A stretch of DNA of 64,000 nt from Amoebophrya sp. A120. Its lineage: Eukaryota; Protista; Dinoflagellata. The position numbers and the translations under genes were made by a program. The stretch spans positions 11,229,737 through 11,293,736 of the forward strand of contig CAJINV010000003.1 of NCBI GenBank assembly GCA_905178155.1, given 5' to 3'. This document shows positions 35,401-49,100 of the stretch, one piece after another; within the stretch, counting starts at the first letter, position 1; the number at the start of each line of letters is the position of its first letter. Below the pieces are notes generated by a model that was given only the letters and a program-made list of their open reading frames with translations, was not told the origin of the DNA and did no database searches.

Positions 35401-37694
35401 GGGCGGTCGTCAGTGCGGCCGGCTTGGTCCTCCCATGGTGCCCTTCCACCGTCACAGAACCAATACCAAAGTACGACAAATAATAAGAGAGATGACATTG
35501 AGATTGACGGGGCTGGTACTGGTTCGATATCAAAATCAAATATGTCCGGATCTGAAAAAATACGATGTGTGCAAGTCCTACTGCGAAGATACACATTTTG
35601 CATGACGCATCGTGTCTGTGATGTATGCCCTGCCGTCACAGATTTTGCGCAGGCTTCTTTATGCCTGTCTAGCATGAGAAACGCCGAGTCCTTCCTCGCG
35701 TAGCAAAAATAATTTCTAGAGTTCTCTTTTTACTTGTTGCTACTCAACATGATGTAAGTACTACATTTTTTTTTTGAAAAATCCAAAGACAGAGTGAGCA
35801 TGAGCACAACTTGCAGTCTTCCTCCAGGCACAGACATTATATCTGCCATGCATATTGAAGAACCGAGGATCTCAATCATCGCATCTTGCGTCGGCGTATC
35901 GGGTCTATCCTGATAAAAGATCCTTCTGCCTCATATTCAAAAGGAAAACTTGAGATGCCGATGTGTGAGTGTGGCGATACACCAACTGTGTCTTGCAAGA
36001 AGGCAACTTGCTAGCAGAACCAGAGGCCTTCGCCCCATTGGGTGCGTGATTTGTCATATTGTTGGGCCTACGGGGCAGCCGTTTGATGCCATGCCACGCA
36101 ACTAGACCCAAACGCCCCTGCAAAGGCTGAGGGTAAGTAAGTAACTCGCTCACAATCCCTTAATGCATGCAGGGCCCCCGCCGCGCTTGATGTTTGTGTA
36201 GCAGTAGTACAACGCAAACCCAGCCTCAGAATATATATATAAACCTCGTTTGGAACAGTATTACAGGGTGGGAGGATTTCCTCTTTGAGACTTTCCAGTT
36301 CGGATCCCACAAAGACTGAGCCAGGAGACGGAAAAAAGGTTCCAGCTATCCGCTGTAAAAAAACATCTCCACCCCAGAGTTGGCATGCAAATAATTATCC
36401 ACTGCAGCCCTAATAAAAAAAAAATGGCGCAGTGCCGCCTGCTTGCTTTAACTTTATCGATGGCGCAGGGCTTTATTGACAGGGTTTCGCTGCAGGGCTT
36501 TATCAACAGCAGTTTCTGTGGCGACCACTGATCGAGGTAGCACTCGACTTTGTATGTTGGGGTCGCGGGCGAAACTGCCTCCTTGCCCATCCCCCGGGGA
36601 GTGGATCCCTCACCTGTTGTAGCGATGATAATCATCATGCGGGTGTCCACTACATAACGGTGATGATGCGCAGCCCGATGTATGAGGACCTTTTTCGAGA
36701 AGTACGCGCTGGGAGTTTGTCATGCTCGAAGCAGGGCATGAGGTGGCCTATTTGTAAATGCGGACGCGCTAGCGAATAAACAGGAATACGCTACACGCAT
36801 AGCTTTGTCATTCGCAGCAGCCGAAAGTTTGTGAGTTGTGTACTAACAAAATCCTCAACATGATTCAGGGGTGGAAACGTTTTTACACAGGATACCAGCA
36901 CAAACACAAGCAAAGTCTCTAGCTTTTGTTGATCAACTGGCAAGCATCGGCTTCGAAGACCTCCAGGCGCTGCATATCTTCAGAGTGCACATCAACCCCC
37001 CCTCGATCCCCTCACTTCTTGTCATGCAGAATCAGAAACCCAGTTGGAGTTGCGGTGCTTCTGCTTCCTCACTCACCACCGGGGAGGGAAGCCGTGGCGC
37101 CGGGGTCGCAAGGTGGGGGCTGTCCAGTACGTGATGACGCGGATGCTTTGTCATTCTGTGCTTGTGGAACTGTTTGCATATGCAAATTCCTGAAGAGGCA
37201 GCCCACAGAGTTGTACGTACTTGCTTTTACTACACTCCGCACACGATCGTGGACTTTTGTTTCATACACGAGCTCCTTCACGTGATGCGCTAGTGTTTGT
37301 ATTCTTTTGCAGCTTGGCAACATTGCTGCCCTCGTACAACGACTGAGAGGGAGGGGGATTAACTTGCTTATGCACTCTCATACTGCATGCGCGCTTTCTC
37401 GAGGAGGTTTCGCCCGAAAAGTGGCTCGGAGACTCCTCTCTACTTGCGGATTTGCGACAGTTAGTGACCCTTGTCCGCTCGTTTGCTGAGAATTTTTGTG
37501 CCGCGCCGCCGGGGAACGAAGGTGAAGATCCGCGCTGGTGGGTGCGGCAACGAGTGAAGCTAACCGAATATCGAAAAGAATTTAGGTCGACGCTGTTGTT
37601 CGTTCTAAAGCTGCTGAAATTCGCTCCTTGCCACTCGCGGAAAGAATTCACATCCCTCTTTCATCAACTAAACGGGAACGGATTCTACATTTGA
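29410..37694 (+). CDS. Gamma-tubulin complex component (Spc97/Spc98 family, possibly GCP5-like), highly divergent, many introns; start slightly upstream
   Basis: LQLLFTLSAQP, LRALQLLALCQ, MDMYSRCFSFLLELKGARKLL, LLRSEMLHFVQGL, EDLQALH..RVVRTCF, and C-terminal LFHQLNGNGFYI*, resembling GRIP2-domain motifs. Junctions at ~30.2-30.6, 31.4-31.95 and 36.1-37.45 kb are unresolved. Confidence 0.8.
29586..29897. mobile_element. Introner, family B
   Basis: ~55-bp TIR; perfect CTTTG duplication; 317-nt removal gives HDPLWREDV. Confidence 0.95.
33051..33341. mobile_element. Introner, family A
   Basis: tatcaaatgcaaat..tctgggtctggaa / ttccagacgcag..atttgcgatgcata; flanks gtgat/caact; 296-nt removal is in frame. 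Confidence 0.8.
33411..33709. mobile_element. Introner, family A
   Basis: taccaaatgcaaatatttctgg / gacatattagcaatgcata; flanks gtgcg/gcgcg; 304-nt removal is in frame. Confidence 0.85.
34131..34429. mobile_element. Introner, family A
   Basis: Flanks cgccg/ggccg; 304-nt removal gives IPGFFSP|MQMDMYSRCF. Confidence 0.9.
34632..34932. mobile_element. Introner, family A
   Basis: Perfect TCGCA duplication; 306-nt removal is in frame; no sliding register within the duplication gives GT-AG or GC-AG. Confidence 0.9.
35528..35854. mobile_element. Introner, family A
   Basis: tatcaaaatcaaatatgtccggatctg / caggcacagacat..gccatgcata; flanks ttcga/ttgaa. Confidence 0.75.
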
Positions 37695-40600
37695 CGAAGA
37701 CCACACTGATTTGACGCAAGCTCAAGCAACCGCATTCGAATGAAGTTATGCGTTGGACAAGTATCGATCCAGTATATATCAAAATCGCATGCTCATATGA
37801 TTTTTGGCAACAACAAATAGGAACTGCCGACTCAGCTTGCAAAAGGTATTTTTCATACATGACTGCGATCCATACGACGAGTGCGGGTCTTTTGCAGAGC
37901 ATAAAAATGTTGATCACCGAAGATTTTTTTTCGGAAATTTTCACTTTCAGCGAAGTGAGGTTTTGTTTTGTTCAGCGGCGCGCCCTTTTCTTGTTCATGG
38001 TTATGCTTCCGACGTTTTCTCGTTGATCCCTCAGAAAGTAGGACTTCTACAAGAACTATGTAGCACACACCACGTCCATGATTCCATCGAATTTCTGAAG
38101 AAGTTGAATCGGAAACTACAGGATAATGCATTATACTGATACTGATACCGATATGAAGCAAAAAGTGAAAGAACAACGAGCATGATGATGATGATGCTGA
38201 TGATGATAAGAAGTAGCTTTATGCCGGCGATGAAGAAGAAGACACCGTAGGTATTTCGTATTCGTAAATGAAAAAGAACAACTAGTATCATGATACTCAT
38301 TCCCAGTACTGCGTAAAAGTACTCCAAACCCTCCTCAGCGTTGCAAGCTAGCAAGCAGATCCATTATTTTCGAGGTCTTTGCAATTTGATTTTTTTTTGG
38401 ATTGGGTATGATATGTTTTTTAAGAACTGACAGCCCACCTGTCACTGTCAGACGGAGCGTGAGAAATCAGTGCAATGGAATTCGCGAAGGCCGTTGTGTA
38501 GCGGATGATCCGCACCGTAATTGTGCTTTATAGTACATCTACACGGCGATATCAATCTGTTACTCCTACCTCCAAATGCATAGCTGAAACGCATGGGAAC
38601 GCTTTCGCGGCACCTCGAAGTAAAGATTTCGGACACTAAAAAAGATGCTAGCTCTCGGTGCGCAACGGGCGCGCTCAGTTCCTATGTTGGCGCTACAGGT
38701 TGGAAGCGTGCCTATGCCAGCAGAATTGATTTACCTAAATGCATTTCCATTTCCCAGCGACCACGAGTAAAGTTGTCTTGAGACTTAACTCGTCTAGCGA
38801 GCACGAAGATGCTAATAAAACTAGGTCAACTCCAATTCGCACGAATTTTAAACTTGCGGGCAGTTGCCGCCTTTCGGTATGTGGCAGGAGATGTCTTAGC
38901 CTAGATGGAGGGACGCGCTGTGATTGCCCCGATTGCTTCGCGTCTCACCTCTTCCGGCCATTCTGTGCCATGAGAAACCTCGGCAAAATGACCTGTCCCC
39001 TGGTATGGTTTCTGAAGGACGATGTGGGGTGACGTGTGTAGTAAGCAGCCCATCATCCCATTGCGCGAAGCAGGAATGATGCGCTTTTTTTTGTGTGAGA
39101 TCGTCCCTGTCCATGTGGCACATAAGTAGCGTCGACAGAGGCACAACCCTGCCCCTGGTGGTGCCTGTAAAAGTGCTCCCATTCCCATGGCCATGGTGAA
39201 AGAAGATCCTGACTCAAAGTGGAGTAGGGCGCGGAGCTCGATCGGCTCTTCGCACACAGTCCAACGGGATGGCGTTTCTTTTGGTTCATGCCCTGGGAAG
39301 AAAGCGTCTAGCTGCGGGAAGCGTCTTTCTTTCTTCTTGTGTCGATCATTTACATTTTCGTGCACTCGTCGCTTGGCCCTTTTTACTGTTGCATGGCGTT
39401 CCTTTTTGTCAGGCCGATGCCCCTGCTTGAGAAATTGGTGGGGGTGTGTTGCCGCTGGTAGCTCCTTGTGACGGCGATAAAAAACCCACATTGCAGCTGC
39501 GGCGGGAAGGATTTTCCTAAAGTCCACGTCGCCGCGTTTCGCTTGGTGAATGCCGGCGACTTTCTCCCGCTATATGATCGGCGTCCCCGCCCTTCTTATG
39601 TGCTTCTAAACGGGAGCGACTTGGTGCATGGACGTACGAAGTTGCGAATACTTAAAGCATCGATCTACGAAGAGAAACGCTAGGACCCGGAGCCTGATAC
39701 TGGGAAATATTTGTTGGTAGTTTTTTTCCTCGATGTTCAGTTTTTTTCAACTTCAAAATTCCGACATCGATTTGGAATTGGTCTCGGTACTCAGTTTCCA
39801 TTTGAAATCGCTAAGAGTCACCAACTCCAACTCAACTTCGAAATAGGCTCGGGAGGCCGATTCTGATTTCGAATTCATTGGATTGGTTCGCCACTTTTGA
39901 TATTGAAGCTCTTGGCTTCAATTTTGATCCACTGGCGCAGACGTCCGTAGCGTTTCAATTTTGTAGGTGTCCTTGGCGTTGCCGTTGCGCGGCCTACGGC
40001 CTTGTGATGCGCGCGGCAGGCTACTCCGCAATGCGATCGATGGAGGGTGGGACCTGCACCGGCGACAGGCGCTACGCACTCAACAAGCTAACAAGCTGCA
40101 ACCTTCCAGACCCAGACACGTCTGCAATTCACGATAGAACCTAACCGGAAACAAGTGCACCCAAAAGAGGGCCCTCTCCGTCTCGGTTAGCAGCCGAATC
40201 GCTTTAATTGACAAGGGCACGCCCCCGAGCGTGTTGGCTCGCTATTATTATAGGATGAAGCGAAAAGAACTCAACTCCCGCATTGCAACGCTGCCCCGGT
40301 GGGCGGTGAGAGGGAGAGCCTATCTACAAGAGACTAGTGACCCTCTGCCAAGTTGTGGCGCTGCCTGCGGGGGGAGGCGCACGACTGTCGGCAGGTCGTC
40401 TGCTTATGGAAAGGCACTTTTATATATCTGTCTTGTGTTGATCCTCGAAAGACCACTGCCCTGCGCGCCTTTTTTTGTCGGCCATGATTTGATCCCACCT
40501 GCGATTTTGCGTCTGTTTTTGGGTAAGATATTCCTGCCATAGCGCTCGGGCGAGGAGTATTCCACACAACAGCAGCAGCAACAGGGGTGTGCGCGATGTT

Positions 40601-41112
40601 GTTGGGACTCGCCGTACGGTGTGCAAAAGAATCAGCTCCATACTTCTCGTATGTGGAGGCGACAAGCCCACACGACTACCCCACGTTCTTCAAAGCAACT
40701 TTTATTTCTGTAAGTATCTTTCTACTCCTCCTAATCCTATACTTTTCTTGAGCGATGAGATTTGCTTTGCCTCCTCTTCCAGACTTTACCTGATTTCATG
40801 CAAAAATGCATTTGCATGCCAAATTTTCATTTTGCGCTCGTCCTGTGCAAATGCGATATCGCTATTTTCTATGAATTCGAATATTGCGTTTGCGAGAAGT
40901 GCAACACTTTTGCTACATTTCATATTCCTACGCACGCGACAGCTTTCAGGACGTCGAAACGGATTCTGCAAGCCGCTCTCTTCGTCTAATATTGGAAAAA
41001 CATGTCTGTTTTAGTGTGGCCAGGTTGTACGGTCATGACACCATGTAACAACGTCTTGCGAGACAGAGTCCCATGATTCCTTTTGTGTCCGACAACATCA
41101 TGTGTGTTTTTA

Positions 41113-41880
41113 TGTGTAGTGAGGCCACCGAACGGCTCTAGCCGGCAAAACGGCCGGCAGTTTGCCATCCAGCCAGCAAAACGGCCGGCAGTTTTGAAGC
41201 GGTCGGAAGTAGGGTTTTTGCACAACTGAAAGGCTCAACTATCAAGCGGCCGGGGCTCTAATAACAAACGAGCTCGAGCGACCTCCAATTCTGTCGGTTG
41301 GCGCTTGATATAACGACGCAAGAGAGACGGCAAAAGGGGCGCCCTTCTGAGGCGCCCACCGCCTTGGTTTCGGGCGCTTTTTGGCGCCCAAAAGGCTCCG
41401 CAAAAGAAGACCGCGCAAAACTAAGTACACCGCGACTTCGGAGCATTGATTGACTGCCGGCGACCGCGAAGGTGGCCGCCTTTTCGCCAGCTGCCAAGCC
41501 TGCGAAGCTCTTCAAAACGCACAGCAGAGAAAAGCGAAAACGCAAAAACAAAAAAGCGCGTCACACTCATGGAGCGGGAGCCAGCCCGCACACCATGGGC
41601 CCAATTTTTTCCGTTTCCTGGGCCCGCCCCGGCGCACCCGCAGCGAGCCCATACTGTCGGGGTTGGCTTCCGGCCAGAAATTCTACAAATTTCCCAAAAT
41701 AAATTTGCGACGCTTCTGAGTCGGCCGTCAGCGATTTCGCGCGGCGTAGCGCCAGTGTGGCGAGCCTGCAAAAACCGACTTTGCGGCAGGCCCGCGGCCA
41801 TGGTGGAGGCGCGAAAATGCCCATCGTCTCATTACCCCCGCGTCCGCCCCGCCGGCTGTAATATAATTTGGCGCGTATCA
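41113..41880. repeat. ~770-bp dispersed repeat, homologous to 45184-45920
   Basis: Shared start tgtagtgagg.caccgaacgg.tcta.ccgg and long blocks such as aaaaggggcgcccttctgaggcgcccaccgccttggtttc and aggtggccgccttttcgcc. Confidence 0.9.
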
Positions 41881-43187
41881 TGTTTTTGTTTTCTTTTTGT
41901 GGCCGCTGCATCAAGGCGCGGGCGCCGGGATCCACCGTGCGACGAGGTCTTCGTCTTGTAGACTAGTTTCAGGCATTAGCCACGCTTGAGAAGTCCTCTC
42001 CTGATGTCATTCCGAGGGAATTTGTCATGGTGGTCGCCCGATAAGTCGTTCACATCAAAGCAGCCACTTGCTTTCTGGGATTTCACCCTTCATGAGCTCG
42101 AGCCGCGGCGTGAAAAGGCAAGAACTTCACCTCTACTACTGCTTCTATGACGGTTTTTTATATATAGCTACTCCTACAACAGCGCTGGTGGTGGAGCTAC
42201 GATTGGTATTGTGCAGCACTGCGCATGTTGTTGGGCGCACGCGTCTTCTTGCTTTAGGTGGTAGCTTATGGGATTCTCAAACGTGACACTCATACCTGTT
42301 GCGTGATTTGTACTGCGGAATTACAATCAGCATTGAAACGATCAAGCTACTCCGCGTGACAAATTATCGAAGGGCCAAACAGCATAAAAATCTGATCCAG
42401 ATTTGTAAATGCAAGCTAAGACTATTTACTTGACTTTCGCTACTCTTGCGATGCGAATTCCGCCATACTGCAGCTGGTGCACCACAAGAGAGGCTTGCGC
42501 TTGGGCTTGGAGTAGTACGAGAACGCGGAGCCCTATTCTACCGAATCTTCAATCGTCGTAAACAAGCCAACACGTCCGAGGCAGTCGACGAAAAAGATGA
42601 AAGACAAACACTATTAAGACAGCTACTCATTTCTCTAAGTGACAAATTATCGCTACGACCAGCGGTAGCGGGGCGGATACTGGTGTGAAGTTTGAGTGAG
42701 ATCACGTCGCTGTGTGTTGTCTCTTCTTATCCTGGTTTCTATTTCGTTTGTTGCCGACGTCGTTGAGGGGCTACATGATGATAGCGGAGCCACAGTAGAG
42801 CTTGACACAAGCTGACACGGCTACTTCGGCACGCCAAAAGGAAAAGCTCTGTGCCGCACTGTTTTTGTGTTGCTCTTGGTTTATTAATGAGAGCGAAAGC
42901 ACATCCTAAGCCTAACAGAGAGCGAAGAGGTCAGATGCCGCTGATTTCGTGAGCGAGGAAATCATGTCGCACGGAGTCCAGGTGGATCGACTAAATTCAA
43001 ATTGCTAGCAAAATCAATGGGCTTGCCGCGCGATTTAGAATGCGGGCACGGGTACGCACATCAGGAGAAGTTGATCCGTGTCAATCATCGCGCTTGTACG
43101 AGTATGGAACACGCTATGGAAAGACCCTGCAGAAGCTGTGACAAGCACGGATAGGGCCGCAGTTTCTTGGAGCGCGCACGGTGCGCA

Positions 43188-46100
43188 ATGTTGCCTTTGC
43201 GCCTTCTATTTTGCCGGCGCTGTGTCGTCGTCTCCTGTGTAATCTCGCTCGCGACCTGGACACCCGTGTCCGTGTTCTCGGTCGATGCCGATGCTCAGCA
43301 CAGGAGCAATCACGTCGGCGGCGACGAAACTAAAAAGCACGAGGAGAAGAACCAAGATCACCACGGCGACGGTCATCACGGTCATCACGATCACGGTCAT
43401 CACGGCCACACGACCAAGTTGGCCGCTCATCACGGTAATCAACAGGAGAAAAGGCAGGACACCAAAACCAATTTGGCCGCTCATGACGGTCATCACGATC
43501 ACGGCCATCACGATCACGGTCATCACGGTCATCACGGCCACACCAAGTTGGCCGCTCATCACGGTAAGCAACAGGAGAACAGGCAGGACACCAAAACCAA
43601 TTCGGCCGCTCAAGACGGTGGTCACACGAGCGACCATCACGGTGATCTTCAACAGAAGAACAGACACCACAGCAAGAGCATCGCCAAAACGCACGACGGC
43701 GGCGGCCATCAAAACGGCGACCACGTACACACGAAAAACAAAAATCGCGCCAGCTCTGGTCCACATAGCGCGCTGGCCCGACTCAAGACACTTGTTAAAA
43801 AACCTACGACGTCGGCTTCCACATCCGCCTCAAGAAAAGGAAATGTAGCTTCCCGCGCCGCCTCCGCCACAAAAAACGTAGCTTCCCGCACCGCCTCCGG
43901 CGCAAGAAATATAGCTCACCGCACCGCCTCCGGCGCAAGACATACAGCTCTCCGCGCCGCCTCCGCCTCAAAAAAAGCAGCTTCCCGCGCCCTGTCGATG
44001 GTCGCGCGAGGGCGGCGGGGACTGATGGAACGGAAGGCAGCTTAGGGGGGAAAACCGGGCGTGGCGACGTGGGTTCCGCAGCAATTTTTGCAAGGCCACG
44101 CAAGTGGCCCCCTTAGGGCGGAAGGACGCCCCGCTGCTCTGTCTGACCAGCTTGTTGCAATAACAAAGCGCAGCGAGCGCGCAAAGCCCCGGCCGGGAGT
44201 TCGGCTCAACATTTCCCAAGAATTGCGAGAGCCGGCGCCGAGGGCTCCGCCTTGGCGCGCAGTGCGTGGGGTCCTTGCCAGCCAGGCTTTTTCGCCAACG
44301 TGCGGGCGCCTGGTCGGAATCAAGCAACAGAGAGAAGCAGCTGCGCCAACGCCATATCATGGCCGGCGCGCTCATTTATAAATTTGCAGCCTGTAGTGCT
44401 GGGCCTCGGGCTCGGGCGCTCCTGTTTTAAGTACAAATCTCGCAGCACTACAACCATGGTTCGACGGGCTCACCCAAATTGAAAGCGGCGCCCCCGATGC
44501 TGCACACAGTGAGGCCACAACACGCAAGGCGCCTCTCTCTGTGTCTGTCGTTGCGTCTGTGTGTGAGCAAGCTATAGCTTCGCCGCTCTGTAATTTCTGA
44601 CTGAAATAGAACACGGCAACGCAAGAAGAGCCACCGCGCCAAACCTCAGGCCGCTTTCGTTCATGGCCCGGCTGCCTCCTTGCGGATGGTCCTTTCTTTC
44701 GTTGCTTGCCTTTCCGCGCGCCCCACGCACCCCGTCCCCGCCCGGATATGTGCCTATGTCGAGCGCCCCGGCCCGGTTGGGCGGTGTTTTTCTTTGTGTA
44801 TGGCCTTTCTCCGGCGCCCGGCCGGGCGTGGGCCCGCCTGCGGCCCCTTTCAGACAGAAAGGCCCGCCTGCATGGGCCCCCCGCGGATCTTCCGTCTTGT
44901 TGGCGAAACAACAAAGGAGGCCGGGAAAGGGTTTCTGTTTGTTTCTAAGGGCGGCGCCCTTTTCTGGCCTCCCCGAATCCGCTTGGTAGGGCCAGTTGCG
45001 GGCCTGGCGGGCGCGCGGCCCTTTTGGAAAGTTTGGAGGCTATTTGGGGGCGGTCTAGAAATTTGGGCCTAGGGATGGAAAATGTAGAAAAGCTTCATAC
45101 CTATAACGTACTAGCTAGCATGGGCGGGCATTGTTCTGAGCAGGATGGCGCTCATTGTTTGCGATTTTTGGCGTCCCCACTAGTATGTAGTGAGGTCACC
45201 GAACGGTTCTAACCGGGGAGTTTTTTTGCCACCTACCGTGAAAAACGGCCGGCAGTTTTGAAGCGGGCGGAAGTGTTTTTTGACAGAAAAAATTTTCAAT
45301 TATCAAGCGGCCGGGGCTTTGATATCAAACAAGCCCGAGCGGATTCTATCGATTCGCACTTGATAAAACGACGCAAAGGAGCCGCCAAAAGGGGCGCCCT
45401 TCTGAGGCGCCCACCGCCTTGGTTTCTAGCGATTTGGGGCGCCCAAAAAGGGGCGCGCAAAAAACTCGCCCAAAATCAGAACAGCGAAACAGCATGGCGC
45501 GGCCCCGATTTCGGAGCATTTTGGGCGGCCGCGAAAGTGGCCGCCTTTTCGCCGGTTTCAATCAGAGCCTGGGAAGCTTTGCAAAAAGCGCCGGCGCGAA
45601 AAATAAAAACGCGAAAAAGAAAAAGCGCCCCAGACGCGCAATACCAATCCGCATGCTATGGGCCCGATTTTTCTTCGCTTTTTGGGCGCCCTCCGTGGAA
45701 CCCGGATCGGCGCCATAGCATGGGGGCTGGGCTTCGGAAAGGAATTTCGAAGATTTGCCAAAATTTGCAACGTTTCTCGAGCGGCCGCCATACCGTGCGG
45801 CATAACGCTACTCACGGCGGTATGGCGGGCCCAGAAAAAGCAAAGCCGCGGCCAAGGCGGCGGCCGGCAAGAAAACGCCCACGACCTCACTACCTCCGCC
45901 CCGGCGGCTATATTTGGTACGGTCGGACCGTGCTAGAAATGCAGCCAGCGACCGCGCTAGAAGTGCCTACGTGGGCGAGCAGGTGAATATATATCCAAAA
46001 AATGGGCCGCATACTTCCAATTTCGAAATATGCGGCCCAGGCCGCAGGGGGCGCCGGGATCAATGGGGCACGGAGAGAAAGAGCGAGGGACGGCGCCGGG

Positions 46101-49100
46101 GCCAAGTTGCCTAGCTAGCACAAAGCCCAGGGCGTTCACACGCGGACGGCAGCCCCGGCGAGAGCGGAGGGGCAAAACTTGCAGTGCCTAAAGTAATATA
46201 CCTCTCGTTCGACTTTACCTGTGGGCGCTTTTCTACTTGATTGAGCTAGCACCCTCGGCAGAAAGTCGCCCGGCAGATTTTTCATATTGCTCCGGCAAGA
46301 GTTCAAAGCCCTTGCCCCTGTGCCGGCCCCCATGCCGTGGGCGTGGATGAATGGCGCAAAGGTGTTGCGAACTAGGGAACGCAAACCGGTTTTGGGGTAG
46401 GGTTGGGGGATTAATAAATGCCGCGCGTTCGCTTGCAACCAAGAAAGGTTGCTGGCAGGCGGCTGCCGTTTTTTCTGAGGTCTCGCCGTCGCGACGGTAT
46501 CTCGCTCCCTCCGCGCGCAACCGGCGCACAGGTTCAGGCCTTGTGTGTCCATAGCGAGTGGGGACACCTGAGCGAGGGCGCAGCCGGGGAATAGAAGGCT
46601 GCTGCAGCTTGTGCTGCAATTACAAGGCTAAGACAGCTATGCTAAGCCGGGCACTCCGCCCGTCCTAGCAGAACAGCTGAACGCGCGCACATGATGTCGG
46701 CGGACAGGGGCACTGCTTTCATGATGATGGAACAATCACCAACATCCGTCGGCCACGAGGATTCAGATAGTTTCAGCTACAACACGAATACAGATAAAAT
46801 TTGAATTAGAAAAGATAAACATAAAGAAGGGAAAAATAAAGAACAAAGAGCCTCCTACTTCGGCTTCTCTTAAAACCAAAAGCAACTATTTACGCGCGCG
46901 CCCAATAGAAAAAGCTTCGGAACCCACGGCGTCGCGCTCGGTTTTCCTCACCAAGGAGCGGTCTGGGACCAGATCACCAAAAACCCAATTGCGAAGAAGG
47001 CCCTTGACAAATGGGCCAAGGGGAAAAAGCGTGGAGCAGACATGTTGAAAAAATTGAGGAGGTGGATCATTCTCGCCCGCAGTGACCGCCATCAACCGCC
47101 CTCATTTAAAGCGCTCGCCTCGACCATTTTCAAGAGGAAGGGCTCCACTCTCACAGCAAGCCATAGGCATGGCCACGACATCAAACTCATTAAGAGGATG
47201 CACACGGCCGCCCAGGTGATGGGGCGCTTTCTGAAGGATGTCGAGCGCGCAGCAAAAATGGCGGCGGAAACCGAACAACGGACCGGCTCGAAGGCGGAAG
47301 CCGAAGCGGCGTCACTACTTGAGCTGGGGATCTTGTCAGCGGATTTTATGAAAAATGCCTGCGAGTCCTATTAGACCCGCACTACAGCAATCGCATTGGT
47401 CCTGTCGCTCGTACTGGTCGCCCCCTTTTGGCGTGGCGCCAGGGCCCCGCCCAAGATGACCTGCCCAGCGGCCTGCGCCGCTTAGTCTACCCCGCTCGCG
47501 TCGCCGCCCCTTCGCATCTTGGAAAGTCGTGGTCGCATCGAGCGACCAAATGCTCACTAGTAGTAGGGGAACACCTACGCTTTGCGCTTTATCAGGCACT
47601 TCTTGCACGTTGTGCTCCGGCTTTCGCCACGTGGGACCCCGTGGGCAGAAGAGAGGCACTTATCCACACACGCGCCGCGCCCATTTCTAGCTAGGTACAA
47701 TCTAGGTTGTCTTCTTATTCATTTTCAATCGAGCCACTCCTAGGCTTAGGCTTAGGTAGGCCGCCACGGCCGCCGGCACGGGATCGCTGTCGACGGCGAC
47801 GCGTCCGTCTCCCCTTCGATCTCCGACTTCTTCGGCTGCACAAGTTCGATCCGGAAGTGTTTAGTTTAGGTTTCAGGGTTTACGTTTAGGCCGCGCTGAT
47901 TCATTTTCAATCGACCCACTCTATAGGATGCGCACGCCCACAATGTTCAGCTCGCTACGCGCCCACAATGTTCAGCTCGCTACGTTCGCTACGCTCCTAC
48001 CCTAGGATTTTAGTTTCCAATATGAAAAACCGCGCCTGTAGTGTGGCTTTCGACAGAGAAAAATAAAAATCGGCGCACGCTAGCTGGTGGTGTGATCGCT
48101 TTCAAGTACTTACGCCCGTATAGAGCGCTACTGCTCCAGGGTAGGGGCGCCATTCCATCAATAAAACCGCTTCGCGCTGCATTCTAAGGGAACTGGTCAG
48201 TGAATGGAAGTAGACACGTAACAGGATCAGTTAGCGCCGAAATAAATCCGTCAAAGTCGTCCCGGTCAGAGAGGACGAGGATCAGAGCACGCCTCAAGGG
48301 CTGGCGCGCGCGCTCGTCTTGCGTCATCGCTGAGGGGCAGGCGAATGCCCTACGTAGATCGCAGCAGCAGGCGCGTGCTCGCGTATCCTCTAGCGGCAGC
48401 GTGGTCGGAATGTGTTGAAGGGGGCCGGCAGCAGCCAGCCACTCACTGCGCTCGTATGGGGCTCGTATAGGTCCGACTGCTCGTATCTGTTGGGCGCCTC
48501 GTATTGGCCTTGCGTTCTCATAAAATAAAAATCCACTTCGTGGTCACTGGCATCCGTAGGGCACGACTTGTGGAATATGGTCACGAGCGCAGTCCAGGCC
48601 ATTCAGACTATGACTTCAAAGCTCGCGGAGTTCTTCGGTAAATTGCTTACGTGGGTATTTCCCCCAGAAACGGATGACTCAGAAAAGAGCGGAGTAGCAA
48701 TGAAATCCTTATCCGCCCCCCCGGCGGATAGAATTAAGCGGGGGGGTGGCCCCTCCCGGTTTTTCCGCCGGCGGGCTGTCCTTCCGGAATAGGCCCTATG
48801 AATTGGCTTGGCCCCGGCGCCGTTTTGTATTTGTTGAGGCCGAGGAGCCCCGGGTAGACACACAGAACGTTGCCGGTGCTTCCGACCGGCTTGTCCAACG
48901 CGATAAACACACAGGAAACTGCCAAACCACGTCGCACCATGTGGATTGATGGAAGAGCAAGAAAATAAAGAGCCGCAGCACGCCAGTGCCTGCCACGCAA
49001 GCAAGCAAAGCAAGGCGTTAGGGCGTGGCTTTGAGAATTATCCACGCGCAGAAACTAGATAGTCGCGCATGTCCTTGCATCCTGTGCAAAAGTATCGCAC

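Noticed and set aside
36262-36621. ta|cagggtg Tc1-like terminus inside a GCP intron
   Set aside because: The matching right end is poor.
38901-39527. 208-aa minus-strand ORF as a Harbinger transposase
   Set aside because: No DDE motifs found in it or nearby; left unannotated.
40100-40136. Family-A right TIR
   Set aside because: No clear left end or host ORF could be assigned.
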